The notes below the pieces were generated by a model. That model was not told the origin of the DNA, did no database searches, and saw nothing but the letters and a program-made list of their open reading frames with translations. Position numbers and translations under genes: made by a program. Shown piece after piece: positions 14,084 through 27,653 of a DNA stretch of 64,000 nucleotides. Each line of letters opens with the position of its first letter. Position 1 is the first letter of the stretch. This stretch comes from Eledone cirrhosa (taxonomy: Eukaryota). The stretch is taken from contig OZ024743.1 in NCBI GenBank assembly GCA_964016885.1, forward strand, positions 121,768,001 through 121,832,000, given 5' to 3'.

Positions 14084-14639
14084 CTAGAATAGAAAAAAAA
14101 TAGTCAATGTAATATATTGAATAGATAAAATAATTACCTTAGACATTCTTCAAATTATCTTGTAATAGAACGTATAATAATTGGAATTATGGTGTTAAAA
14201 ATATAAATGAATACTCCAAATATTTGATTATTTTCAAAATCAATTGAAACACATAAGCAGTGTATTTCATTAGAAATATGGTAATGAAAGGCTTAAGCTG
14301 GTGTTTGAAACATAAAACAGTCTTACATAAATTATGATATAAAGTTTTAATATAATTATGAACACTATAAAATGTGCAGTTTTGTATCACAAAACCAGTT
14401 GTACTTTCAGGTGGATTAGTATAAAAAATTTAAATTATTTCATTTCAAAGGGAAATTGGCTGATATATTTAGTTTCATTTACATCATGTTTAAAAAAGAA
14501 AAAAGGGGGTGATTATAAACTGAAAATAAAATGTAAATTTTGTCAACAAATAACCTTATTAAAAGAAGTTCTTGATATGGAAAATATCAACATTACGCTT
14601 GTATTTAATTATATAATTGAGCTGTTGTAGTCTACTTAC

Positions 14640-14811
14640 CTAACTCTAATTTAGTAAATGGAACTGTAGCTTGAGCCATACAATGTGTTTTTTCAGTGTT
14701 AAGAAAGCTTTCGGGGGTTAGCATAAAATAATCACAAATACTAAGCATTTTACTTATAAAATTGCACTGGGATTCATAACAAGGTGGGAACCAGTTGATA
14801 AGGCACAGAAA
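14640..14811 (-). CDS. CTBS-like exon 4
   Basis: Acceptor cttttacag|TTT, donor TTAG|gtaagt, 172 nt. Encodes FLCLINWFPPCYESQCNFISKMLSICDYFMLTPESFLNTEKTHCMAQATVPFTKLEL(G), which aligns without gaps to chitobiase VTFDVAWSP..C..CDFLFVMSYD..CIAAANAPY..G. Confidence 0.92.
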
Positions 14812-14829
14812 CTGTAAAAGAAGAATAGG

Positions 14830-16420
14830 TTTTATAGACATGATGTAAAATGTACTTCTATATACAAATAAGGCTGTTGATGTTGCTACTATTTTCGTGT
14901 GTGGACTTAGGATGCTACTGTAGTAGTGTTGTAGATGTATTTGGGGGTGATTTTCTTTGCATGTAGTGGAAGAGAATGTGAGGTTTGTAGCTGACTGGTG
15001 CAATAAGCTGTGTTCTTGACATCTCTATACAATCTTCCATTTCAAATATTTTTGTTTTTAGTCTCTGTGCAACCAGCTGCTTCATGTTCTTTCTAATTTA
15101 TTGTGGAGATTAGTGGACTCAGACAGGGTTGGTATAATCTATGATATATCTAAGGTATAGTTTGTATACTAATGTTGTTATTTCTTTTATCATCATTGTT
15201 TTACATCTGCTTTTCTATGCAGGCATGAGTTGGACATGTTGTCACAGTCAGAGGTTAGACAGATAGAAGAACTATGTCTTGCTCCTATGTTCCATTTTTG
15301 GCATGGTATCTATGGCTGGATGCCCTCCCTAATGCCAGTCAAATAACAGAATGTACTAGATGCATTTTATTAGGAGCCAACACTAAAGATGTCATGTTCT
15401 GATGGGAAGAGGCCTTGTAAAGGAGACAATGGTACCTGGTCAATTGTCCCTGAGTGATTGACAGGGAGATAAATGGGAGAGAGAGCCAAAGTGTTGGGCA
15501 GTAGATGTTGTTAGAAGTGGCTTTGAGAGAGGGAGTGGTGGCTGGCAGCTCAGTGATGGCTATTAGTGCTCAACTTTCTTTATTGTCTTCTCCATGTACT
15601 GTGAATATTGTAGAGGTATTGTATATAGTTTCCTCATGTGTGAGGTACATGTATGGAGAGAATTGTAGGTGCTACTTTAAATATGTTTTTAGAGATGGGT
15701 TTTTAAGTATTTGATATAACTGTGATATTGTCTGTACACAATGGTGGTGGATTGGTAGAATTGATAGAGCATCAGATAAAATGCCATTGTGATATTTGTT
15801 CTGGCCCTTTACATTCTAAATTCAAATCCTGCCAAGATTAACTCTGCATTTTATCCTTCGAGGATCAATAAAATAAAGCGCGAGTCATGTACTTAAGTTG
15901 ATTTAATCAACTTTGCCCTTTCCCCAAATTTGCTGGTCTTGTGCCTAAAATAAAAATCAATATTTTCTGCATACAAAGATATGTGTATGTTTTACAAAGG
16001 TGTTGAAAGGTTGTGTAGGTATAAATAGAAAAGAGTTATAGATAAGACAGAGCCTAGTGGTACCCCATTCAAAAGATTGTAGACTCTAGACACATTACTG
16101 TGTACTAAATAAGCTTGACAACCGAAAGTGTAGTCTGCTAGCCAGCATTTTGTGTTGTAAAGGTGGGTAGCAGAGATGTAGTTGAAAGCTTTTCTAATGT
16201 CAATAGGAGTTAGAAAAGCTTTTCTCAGGCCAATATTAGTTATTTTTTAGCTTTTGGAGCTATCACATATTTTAATGTGAGACATGTGAGTAATGCAGTG
16301 GTCAAGTGTAGTGCATGAATCCATGTTGTCATTTAGAAAGAAGATTGTATGGGTTGGTCAAGTCAAGGATAAGTGTTTCTAAGATTTTTTTATGATGTTC
16401 ATAGAAAGGAGATACCTGCT
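14830..16420 (-). mobile_element. Highly decayed Penelope-like RT/GIY-YIG relic with nested SINEs
   Basis: Minus-strand remnants NGVPLGS (about 16050-16070) and ..KEHEAA (about 15075-15095), with many stops. Confidence 0.35.
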
Positions 16421-16486
16421 TCAGTTAAATTTTCTTAGGGTTTAAAATTGCAATGATTTATCGCAGTTTTCAGATTCAGGGGTATG

Positions 16487-16703
16487 TAATGATTTCTAGT
16501 ATAGGCACAAGGCCAGTAATTTGGGGGGAGGGGAAAGTCGATTAAATAGACCCCAGTGCGTGACTGGTACTTTATTTTATCGACTCCGTAAGGATGAAAG
16601 GCAAAGTTAACCTCGGCGGGATTTGAACTCAGATCATAAAGGGCTGTAACTCTATGCTGCAAAGCATGGCGTCCGACCCTCTACCGATACTGCCAATCCA
16701 CAG
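16487..16703 (-). mobile_element. tRNA-derived SINE (representative of at least 8 copies)
   Basis: A-box-like TGGCAGTATCGG and B-box GAGTTCAAATCC, followed by core ..ctttgcctttcatcc..gtcgataaa. Other copies at about 2040-2230(-), 4925-5330 (two in tandem), 5665-5870, 7580-7730, 15745-15960 and 18225-18350. Confidence 0.8.
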
Positions 16704-16861
16704 CGGTACATAATAAAAGGAGTATAACATGTAGCTGAAGATAAGCTAAACTGGAAGACCATATTTACAGATTACTTAAGTAAAATCTGTCAAAATAAAA
16801 CATTCTTCTTCTGCCATGTTTGTTCAAGAAATAAGATTATAAAAAGCTTAAGAAATAAAAA

Positions 16862-18032
16862 TAATAATAATAATAATGAAATTATTGTGTAAAGTGCTCA
16901 GGTGCACTACAACTCATCAAAGGTGCATGTATAGTACATAGAATAATACACAAATGTCAGGGAAGTGAATAGTGTATGAGTCATGGTATACATGTATATA
17001 TGTGTATGGAGGGGGAACATTAGGTGTAGTGTTGGCGAATCTTGGGAAGCATGGAGGCCTTAAGGGATGCAGTGTCTGGACAGCTAACAACCGATGCAGG
17101 TAGTTTGTTCCATGCTTCAGCAACTCTGAGCGTGAAAAAATGTTTCCGAAAGTCATGGGAGCTGTACTGTTTTCTGACTTTGTGGGCATGTCCACATGTG
17201 TTAGACACATGGAAATCAAAAAGGTACTCAGGGTTGTTGTTGGCAAGATGGTTAACAATTTTGTGGGTGTTTACCAAGTCAGTTGCCAGGCGTCGGAGCT
17301 TCAATGTATCCATGCCCAGGGAAGCAAGGTGTTCAGAGTATGGTAGATGCCTGATGGAGGGTATTCGCTTGGTTGCACGTCTCTGAACAGTTTCCAGGCG
17401 GTCAATGTTCTGAGCAAAATAGGAGTTCCAGACTGGTGATGCAAATTCTAAGTGTTGCCGCACCATAGCCATGTACAGCTTTAAATAGATAGCTGGAGAG
17501 CAGTTCACAAGGGTCTTGCTGAGTGATGCTAAGACACCCTCGGCCCTATTGACAATTTTAGAGACGTGCTTCGTCCAATGCAAATTGCTGCTGACCGTAA
17601 TGCCAGGTCACTTTCACAAGAAGACTTCTTGATATTAGTGTTGTGGAGGGAGTATGTGGACGCTGGGTTTTTACTCCCAAAATGCATGGTGGTGCACTTG
17701 TCCACAGCTAGCTTGAGTTGCCAGTCCATGAGCCATTGTTGCATTGTGTCCAGGTCAGACTGCAGGCAAGATCTATAGTGTTCAGGATCTGTCCTTTTTA
17801 TCTGAAGGTACAGCTTGATGTCATCTGAGTACTTTAGTACTGTGGCATTCTTTAAGTTGGCATCAATGTCATTAATATATGCCACAAACAAAAGGGGGCC
17901 AAGAACAGATCCCTGTGGTACACCAGATGACATCTCATATAGTGAGGAATGCTGTCCCAGAACCGTGACTACTTCTCTTCGACTGAGAATGAAGGACTTC
18001 AACCAGTTAAAAAGATCATCCTTCACACCCAT
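16862..18032 (-). mobile_element. 5'-truncated CR1 LINE with 3' UTR and (ATT)n tail
   Basis: ORFs 17529-18059 and 17020-17583 encode the RT C-terminus. The tail appears as (AAT)n at about 16862. Confidence 0.93.
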
Positions 18033-18689
18033 AAAATAACAATAGTATGTTGAAATCAAAATTGCTAAATGATATGATCAAAACAGATACATACATTTTA
18101 GGCAGTGTATTTAATTCACATTGTAATTTTAATGAAATAAAAATGCTTTCAGAGATATAGATATAAACAATTTTTAAATGCATTTAAAGTCCTGCAAATT
18201 ATATAGTCATTAACACATTTATATCAAGGCAGTGAACTGGCAGTTGTCAAGGCATTGGATAAAAATGTCTTGATATTTGTTCTGGTTCATTGTGCTCTGA
18301 GTTAACTTTGCCTTTCATCCTTTCAAGGTCAATAAATAAATTACCAATCCAGGGCGATTTCCTCATTTTATCTCTCTCCCTCTCTGAATGAAAGTACCAG
18401 TCCAGTACTTCTATCTCTCTCTCGCTTCATCTCCTCCTCTCTTCCTCTTTCTCTGGAAGAAATTAGCTATTATCCAACCTGGAGAAGGATGGGCTCTGCC
18501 AAATTTAAAATGCTCAAGACATGCCATGCATCATGACAACATCCCTACAACTCCATCAATAGTTAAGGGCCCTTTATTACTTTCAACATTTTTAGCACTG
18601 GGTTTTTATGGGGGGGGGGGGGTTCTTTACTGGAGTAATTAATTCTATAACTAGTTTTAGAGTTAAGATTGACTGAAATGTAAACTTAC

Positions 18690-18901
18690 AGATATATCAG
18701 CAGAAATGGAAACCAACTGAGATTTTAAATCTGATATCACACTGGTAATCTCAGTAACATTTTCTGCAGATATTTCTGATGTGAAGGTCTGGTGCAGATC
18801 TAGCAAAAAGATGTCTGCGAAGAAAATATTTGCTTTTTTTGTTTCATCAACTATCCATGCCTGAGTCAGTTGTCTATCATGAAATTTTTTAGGAAAATGA
18901 C
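18690..18901 (-). CDS. CTBS-like exon 3, with degenerate catalytic motif DIFLLDLH
   Basis: Acceptor tttttcag|GT, donor TCT|gtaagt, 212 nt, phase 1 to 0. Encodes (G)HFPKKFHDRQLTQAWIVDETKKANIFFADIFLLDLHQTFTSEISAENVTEITSVISDLKSQLVSISADIS, aligning to chitobiase ..ASWIAQKLNLAKTQYMDGINIDIEQ.. Confidence 0.92.
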
Positions 18902-19059
18902 CTGAAAAATAAAAAAATAAAAAAATGATATATATATATTTTACATTAAAATTGATGAAAACTCGATTTTGATGTCAGTACTTAATTGGTGCTACTGCTT
19001 CCCGCAACCACCAGCCCATCTGAGAGGTCAGTAGTACCAATTAAGTACTAGCTTGGAGA

Positions 19060-20393
19060 AATGGAAACGCAACCATGCCTCTCCTGGTCTTGATGGTGTT
19101 ACGTACCTGCTTCTAAAACGTGGTGGGTACTTCCTTCTGCACCAACTATCACACTTCTTCCAATTCTGTCTGAACAACGATGCTACTACAGAACAGTGGA
19201 AAACTGCCAGTGTCATTCCTCTGTTCAAAAAGGGTGACCGCACATCACCTGTGAACTATCGTCCAGTCAGTCTTACTAGCTGCATTGCCAAACTGATGAA
19301 ATCCTGTGTCAGAGAAACACTTAGGAACTTTTGGAACTGTCACAGTCTTATCCGGCCCTCACAATTTGGATTTATCCCGAACTCCAGCTGCTGTGATCAA
19401 CTTATCGAGTTTCTTGAAGACATCACCCGGATCACTGATGGCGGCTCATGGGTGGATGTTGTTTACCTTGACTTTGCTAAAGCTTTCAATTCTGTGCCAC
19501 ACAAAAGGCTTATGGCAAAACTCTCTGCAATGGGTGTGAAGTATGATCTTTTTAACTGGTTGAAGTCCTTCATTCTCAGTTGAAGAGAGGTAGTCATGGT
19601 TCTAGGGCAGCATTCCTCACCATATGAGATGTCATCTGGTGTACCACAGGGATCTGTTCTTGGCCCCCTTTTGTTTGTGGCATATATTAATGACATAGAT
19701 GCCAACTTAAAGAATGCCACAGTACTGAAATATGCAGATGACATCAAGCTGCACCTTGAGATAAAAAGGACAGATCCTGAACACTATAGATCTTGCCTGC
19801 AATCTGACCTGGACACAATGCAACAACGGATCACAGACTGGCAACTCAAGCTAGCTGTGGACAAGTGCACCACCATGCATTTTGGGAGTAAAAACCCAGC
19901 GTCCACATACTCCCTCCACAACACTAATATCAAGAAGTCTTCTTGTGAACGTGACCTGGGCATTACGGTCAACAGCGATTTGCGTTGGACGAAGCACGTC
20001 TCTAAAATTGTCAAGAAGGCAGAGGGTGTCTTAGCATCTTTCAGCAAGACCCTTGTGAACCCCTCTCCAGCTATCTATTTAAAGCTGTATATAGCTATGG
20101 TGCGGCAACACTTAGAATTTGCATCACCAGTCTGGAACCCCTATCTTGCTCAGAACATTGACCGCCTGGAAACTGTTCAGAGACGTGCAACCAAGCGAAT
20201 ACCCTCTGTCAGGCATCTACCATACTCTGAACACCTTGCTTCCCTGGGCATGGATACATTGAAGCTCCGACGTCTGGCAACTGACTTGGTAAACACCCAC
20301 AAAATTATTAACCATCTTGCCAACAACAACCCTGAGTACCTTTTTGATTTCCATGTGTCTAACACACATGGGCATGCCCATAAAGTCAGAAAA
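19060..20393 (+). mobile_element. CR1 LINE RT fragment
   Basis: ORFs 19053-19583 and 19596-20396 are nearly identical to the RT at 37160-39115, with one in-frame stop. Confidence 0.93.
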
Positions 20394-21919
20394 TAGACAT
20401 GTGGAATTCAAAAACATTGGACCAAAGTATGGCTCAACTTGGATTTGTGGACAAAAAGTGCAACTCCCTAATTCATAGACTACAAATGGCTGTGATAGCT
20501 GGCACCTTCAAAATTTGCAAAACATTCTTGCAATTCAAGGGATGACAATTTCTTTTCTTTTACAACCTTGCCACCAGGAAGGTGGCCAGTCAAAAATGTA
20601 CTCGAAATTAAGAGAAAGAGAAACATACATACAAACATAGTTCTTCCAACAACAAAATGTTGACTAGTTGCAAAATTGAGTTTTTTGGGTTTTTTTTAGT
20701 GTTTTGTTGAAATTAAAACATTTGTTGCATGCATGTTGAAAAGGTTTTTTTGCAATTTGGGTGGCAACTGATATTTGAAACTGTGACATTTATATTTGCC
20801 CTCAATTTGAGATAAGAAATAGTTGGTGTGATTACAAATAATTCATAATTACTGTTTCATGAAAGGAGTAAGCAAACCAATTTCTTCATTGGAAACATAG
20901 AAAATAAAAAGGGGGAATAAAAACAGTCTTTGCCAATTAAGTATGTTTTTAGATAAACATACTTTTTTCAAAGGTTTGGAAAAAGCATGGGCCAAATAAT
21001 TCCAAGATCCTTTTGGGATAAGGTTGATGAACTTTATTTTGGATAAACTCCCAAAATGAAAGTAAAATCTTCAACAGGAAACTTGTCACTTAGAGTGAGG
21101 TTTAACTCAGTGATGTATGTCAAAGGTGATGTGACAAAACTAGTTCGGTAAATATTTGGTTTGAGCTCCTGTGATAACTTTTATAGTACAAGTGGAGTTG
21201 ATCAATTCCAAATAATGGCATGTACGGACATAGAGGATATAACTAGGCAGTAAATTAATATCAGCGGAGATGGGGGAAGATACTGATTGAGTTGAAAATA
21301 TCAGATGGAAAGGGTCATCAGTGAAATTTGACTGAAGCAGACACGCAAATGGGGGAAAAACTGAATCAATCTGTAAGTAATGTTGGTGGAAAGGAATGGG
21401 ATATGAAGTATTCAAAGTTATCTTTTCTGATATGTAACAAAGGTGAAGATCCTGATGTGACAAAGTCATCAAGTCAAGCAGGTTTTGCAACTACCTAAAG
21501 TATTTTAAGAAATGATTTTTAATTCTAAACAGTGATTCAGCAGAAAATATCTAAAAATAAGGTTTTTTAATTTAAATGCTACTAGAGGACAGATAGTTGT
21601 TAAAATGTTTAGTAATCTAGGTAAAGACTTTAATTTTCAATGTGATGCAGTCTAGATGCTGTTTGATACTTTTCAAGAATGGCTTGCTAATGCAACTCCA
21701 TGTGGTACAGGATGTTAAAAGTTAAATTAGACATATCTGAATATGACATCCTTTATAGGTTAATTTTTAGTCAAACTAGACCAACATACAACTTACCAAA
21801 TGAACAAACAGGGATGAAGAAGTATTAGTGCATTTGAGAAAGAAAAAAAGAAAAAAAACATCAAAAGCTAGAAGATAAAAAGAGACAAAAAGAAAAACCA
21901 AGATAATTAAAGTGTATGG

Positions 21920-22600
21920 TGTTTAACGTCCATTTTCCACGCAAGCATGGGCTAGACAGGTTGTCCCATTAGAGGCAAGTTGGGTCGGGTGACAATGTCT
22001 TCTCCATATAGGACTGTTTTGGGCTAGGTTTCTACAGCTAGATGCCCTTCCTAATGCTAACCACATTTACAGTGTGGGCTGGGTGCTTTTTGTCATGACA
22101 CCTACACGACCACCTAATAGTGAGGGCTGGATGCTTTTTGTTGTGATACCAACATAACTTTACAGTGTAAGGGTAGTATAGACAGAAGCGGGTGGGTAGG
22201 AGCATAGTGGTTAAGAGGTGCCTACTAGATGTGTGCATGGGAGGGTGTGTCTTCTGTATTACTGTATAGCGCCAAAGATCTTGATCCTGTAACATTGACT
22301 TTGATAGGAGCAATGGCGCAAGGTCAGCTTTTATCACCTTGTCCCAGGTCTTCCTACTCCATAGCTTCATCAATTTTGATCACCCTGCACCTTTTTATAC
22401 AGCTGTCTTCCTTCATAGACATCACATGACCATACCAATGCAATCTCCTCTCTAGCATATTGCATCTGATCCCTCTTATGCCAAGTTTCTCTCTCAGTTC
22501 ATTTATGCTTTGCTGTCCGTGTAGATTATTACTACACATCCATCGGAACATGCTGTCCGTGTAGATTATTACTACACATCCATCGGAGCATGCTGTCCAA
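21920..22600 (-). mobile_element. RTE 3' fragment plus tail repeat
   Basis: ORF 22354-22551 reads MFRWMC..LHWYGHV. There is an internal tandem duplication of about 40 bp at 22512-22598. Confidence 0.75.
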
Positions 22601-24224
22601 ATATCTTCTAGTTGTTGAGAATTTTCTTATGCTTAAAAACTGAGATAACTCCTGTCAGTTGTATCATCAAATGAAAATATAACTTTGTTGAGAGAGTGTT
22701 GCAGACTACTGTATTATTCAACCAGCAGACTACAATAATTTCAAAAAGTTAATTACTGAGCTGCAATTATTTTAACTATTTTGGTTTGGCAATGTGTTAT
22801 TTCTGCATAGCATTGTATCAAATTCATCATCATCATCATTTACGTTTTCCATGCTGGCATGGGTTAAACAAGTTGTCACTGTCCAAGAGGGAAACTGGAT
22901 GGTTATGGAGAACCACACCTTGTTCATACATTCCACTTTTGGCATGGTTTCCACAACTGGATGCTTTTCCTAACACCAACCTCTTTTCAAAGTGTTCTGA
23001 GTGCATTTTATTGTGGCACAGATACTACCACTTTACAGAGTGTGCTGGGTGCATTTTATTGTTGCACTGGCACTACTGTTTTACAGTGTGCTAGGTGCAT
23101 TTTATTGTTGCACTGGCAGTACTACTTTACAGAGTGTGTTGTGTGCATTTTATTGTTGCACTACCACTTTACAGAGTTTGCTGAATCAATATTGCAATGT
23201 TATTGAGAATATATCTATACAGTTGTTAGCTGTCAGGACACTATATCCTTCAAAACTTCCATGCTTCCCAAAATTCACCAACACTGCACCTGATATTCCT
23301 CATCCATACACACATACGCATGTATCTGTGTGTATATCATGACTCATGCACTGTTCACTTTCCTGACATTTGTACATTATTCCATGTACTATACCTGCAC
23401 CTTTGATGACTTGTAGTGCACCTGAGCACTGTACACAATAATTTTCCATATATTATTATATATATTACCATTTTAACAATCTTGATATGCTAGGTCTTGT
23501 AGACTACGATAGTAGATTACAATTACTCATCAAAAAGTTTCAGGATATCAATGAACAAAACTGCTTCAAATCTGACCATAAATTTAACAGTTTGTGTTTT
23601 TGTTCTTGTTTTTTTTTTCTCAGCCTTGTTTGGCTCAGGTGTTTAAGTGTAATTTCGTTTCATGCAGTAATTACAGTGAAAATGTGTTATATGATAAGTA
23701 TCAGTTGTACTTACTGAGGTTGTTCCCTTTTGTTTTGTGTGTATTCAAAAGATCACTCTTCTCTCTTTTACTTGACCTGTATGCTGACCTTAACTACACA
23801 TGTGTGTGTATTATTTTGACAATGTATTTATGTACTTAATCACAAGTAATGGGGAAAAATAAAAAAAAATAAAAAAAAAAAATCACTGTTGGATGTGTAT
23901 AATGAGAGACAAATAATAACAATTTCTTCATTTTCTTGCTAAATTTTTGTTTGATTTTGCTGTTGTTGAATTTATTTAAGATATTATAGTGAGCTTTGTT
24001 TATACTCAATCAATCCTTCAGTGCTGCAATTATTGATATCATCATTTGGTTAAGTAAATGTTTTCTTTGCACAGATTACAAAAATTATGTATCCATAATC
24101 AAATGGATGTATCATGATCAAATGAAAGATATGTCTCTATGCAGTTGTACAGAAAACCCGCCTTCCCTTGCATACAAACTTAAACCTAGTCAGTAGGCAC
24201 CTCTTAACCCAATATACACCCCAC

Positions 24225-24525
24225 CCCCCTACTCCATCCTCCCACTGTAAGGTGGTCGTGTAGGTGACACGACAAAAACACCCAGTCTACACTGTAAAAT
24301 GGTCGTATAGGAGACACGGTAAAAAGGCTCCCAGTCAACACTCTAAATGTGGTTGGCATTAGGAAGGGCATCCAGCCGTAGAAAACCTGCCAGAAACAGT
24401 TCTGTACGAGCGAGACACGGTCTCCCAACCAATCTTGCCTCAAGTGGGACAAAACCGTCCAACCCATGCTAGTGTGGAAGATGGATGTTAAACGATGATG
24501 ATGATGGTGGTGGTGGTGGTGGTGA
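24225..24525 (+). repeat. RTE-tail-related SINE-like repeat with (GAT)n end (representative of many copies)
   Basis: Core ggttggcattaggaagggcatccagccgtagaaa..ccatgctagtgtggaagatggatgttaaacgatgatg. Also at about 7740, 10260, 22825, 26545, 29900, 41800, 45200-45770 and 46090. Confidence 0.8.
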
Positions 24526-27500
24526 TTTCTGGATAGGAAACCAGAAAATTGGTTTCTAAATAAACAGATAACTAATAATTTTCTAGAAAATAGTATGTTT
24601 TTAAAGGAAAATGAAATAATTATTTCTTTATTAGCCATACAGAGCTGACACCAAGAAAATATCAACGATGGTACAGCACAATACAATGTAGGTTGTTTTT
24701 TTTTGCATGTAAAAAGTGTTAAACAGAAAAACAACAAACAAAAAATTTCTAACAAAATAAAATTCTCCAATAGTGGGGAGACTTCTAAAGGTCACTCATG
24801 GAGAAGGCCCACAAAATACTATAGCCACCCTGATCACTAGGGCAAGTCCCCCTTCCTCCAGACATATACTCAGAGCCGACTCATTCATTTAGGTCATGCT
24901 CGCCACACTTCTCTCTTCACCCTGATTTTCCTCTTCAAGTGAAACTTGAAAATAATTAATCAGGGCTTCATCTTTGCATCAGAGCAAACTGCCTGTCATC
25001 AACCCTTTCGTGCTTATCCACTACCCAACCTCTTTTGCTATGGCCATCGGGCAGATGAAAACTGCTTGCCCTTCTCAACTAAAGGAAAATGGCAGTCAAT
25101 AGCCGGATCCACTCTACACGCAACAGCAGCTGTTTAACATAACTCCACAAGTCAGCAATCCTCCCCTCTGACAGTGTGCCTTTCATTATTCCCCAAACAG
25201 TGCACTTCAGAACAAGCTCCTATCCTCATCAAACTCTTCAATCATTCTCTTACTATAGGAATTATAGATGGGAAACATAAACATTGATCTTATCTAGTGG
25301 CATAATCCACAAAACTTTACAGATTTTGATCAGAAATTCTTGGGTCTCTTAAAAGTTCGTCAAAATACATCCACATACTTCAGTACCCAATCAAGAAAGA
25401 GGCTCCCTACAAACCTCTTCCGCTAACGTCACCTTGCTTATCTCTGTCCCCTTCTGCACGCCTTCCAGCATGCCTCCTGTAACCCCACAGGAATCTATCC
25501 CAAATTATAAAACACATGACAAGGTGCCAATTTTGGGGAATTGTACATCTCCTCTACCCCAACAATGCCATCTGCCCTACCATCCTATATCTTTCACCTC
25601 CAACTCAGCATAAGAGAAATTAGATGAAGTGCATAAAAGAGAAGATATCATTGGTATGGACATGTGATGCATGTTGATAATAATCATTAAGTGAAGACAT
25701 GTCAGAACATGCCAGTAGAAGGAAACTGCAGAAGAGGAAGACCAAGGAAGACTTGGGTGAAGGTGGTGCTTTCAAAACTCTGAACCTTACACGGGTTATG
25801 AAGGAAGGCTACAAAAGGGGGTAAGTTGTGCTGGAGAAGCCCATCCATGATGATGATGGTGATAGAGAGCATCTAGAACATGCATGCCAAACATGTAGCC
25901 CGAGGGCCACATGTGGTCCTTTACAAGCACACCTGCAGCCTGCACAAAGGTTTTTACAGCGCTTATTTATCCAACAGACTATATTCTACACATTAATTAC
26001 CTATTTGATGTTACTTCTAATCACTCTTAAATAAATAATATTACTATTCAACCCTCCTTCACATTCCATATACATTTGTCAACCGCATGCAACCTAGACA
26101 AAACATGACATACAAGAGAGACTTGAAAACATCTTCAAATGTAGATATAAATATCTTCTTTTCTTTTTTCTTTTTCAAAAGGAGAAACACAGTTGCTACA
26201 CACATTAAAACAACAGCTTTATACCCTCCCTACATATGTAAAACACATGACTAAAGCTCTCAAACTCATGAACACTCATGATAACCTCGTATTTATGAAA
26301 TTACAAAATATGTAGCCTAAATACTAACATTCCTCTTCAGGATTAGGAAATACTTCAGCATTCATCAATTGCTGAAGTTCTACAAAGCTCAAGCATAGCC
26401 TAAACCTCACCCAAAACAAGGCTACTGACCAACTGGAAAAGATTCACTCACCAACAATCTACAATTACTGGACCACTGGTGTGTTGTTTCTTTCTCCTAC
26501 ATCTTTTAACACTATAACAATGGCTTCTGCTTCCAACTTTCCCATCATCATCATCATCACCGTTTTATGTCCATTTTTCCATGCTACCATGGGCTAGACA
26601 AGTTGTCCTGTTGTGCAATGTTGTCCAATGTTAGGTCAGGTGACCATGTCTTGCTCATACAGGACTGATTTTGACTTGATTTCTACAGCTGGATGCCCTT
26701 CCTGATGCCAACCTCATTTACAGTGAGTACTGGGTGCTTTTTGTTGTGACACCTACACAACCACTTTACAGTGGGAGGGTGGGGTGGGGTATGGGGCATA
26801 CTCTATATATGCTTCAGTTTCCATCCAATATATCCACCTTTCCCGTAGTCATCCCTCTAGAATTCTCTCTCTTTTCACATTTTTCCTGTAAATGTTGACC
26901 TACTGATATTCAAACTGAACATCAACCATGTTGTTCTCACTGGGCTACAGACTGCCTACAATGGTTGTGTACACTATCCTTTTTTCTTTTATATGATAAA
27001 AAACAAATAGGATAAAAATGATAATGATATGATTAAAAACAAATAATTTCTCACTCAATAGTTTCTGGTGAGTCAAGTCTGTGAACCAGTTTGAATCCTA
27101 GTAAATAGAATTTCATTTCATTTATGCTCTTTGGAAAAGCATAAAAGCTGTAACATTCAATTTTATCCATACAAATATAGAACGTATAAAGTCCATCTTG
27201 CCAACAGAGAAAAACAGACTGGACAAAAGAGAAAAAGCAGTACACCAGGACTGCCACACACAACTCATTTAAACACTGATAAACAACTGTACATGATATA
27301 ATGAAATTATTGTGTAAAGTGCTGTATGAGTGCACAATAGGCCCTCAAATAGATAGAGGCACATAACCAAGTGGTTAGGGTGTTGGATTAACAATCAAAA
27401 TGTCATGGGTATGATTCTTGGACTGGGTGGTGCTTTGTGTTCTAAAGCAAAACACTCGAGTTCATGTTGCTTCCGTACACTCAGATGAAAATGAGTACCA

Positions 27501-27653
27501 GCAATAGCTGGGAATAAACCCTAAAATGGATTAACATCCTGTCCAGGGAAAGGGGTAGTCATGTACTCTCAGTTACTTAACGTCAATGAAACCAGGATAA
27601 AAACTAACCTGATGAGCCTCAGGGCATGGAACAGACTTTAACTTTATTATATA

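Noticed and set aside
27051-27335. Minus-strand ORF with a pyrimidine-rich acceptor as a possible extra exon
   Set aside because: It has no chitobiase similarity, and exons 2 and 3 are already contiguous with the homolog.
27570-27630. CTGATGAG with a nearby GAAAC as a hammerhead
   Set aside because: The stems do not pair around the core, and the sequence is the 3' tail of a SINE.
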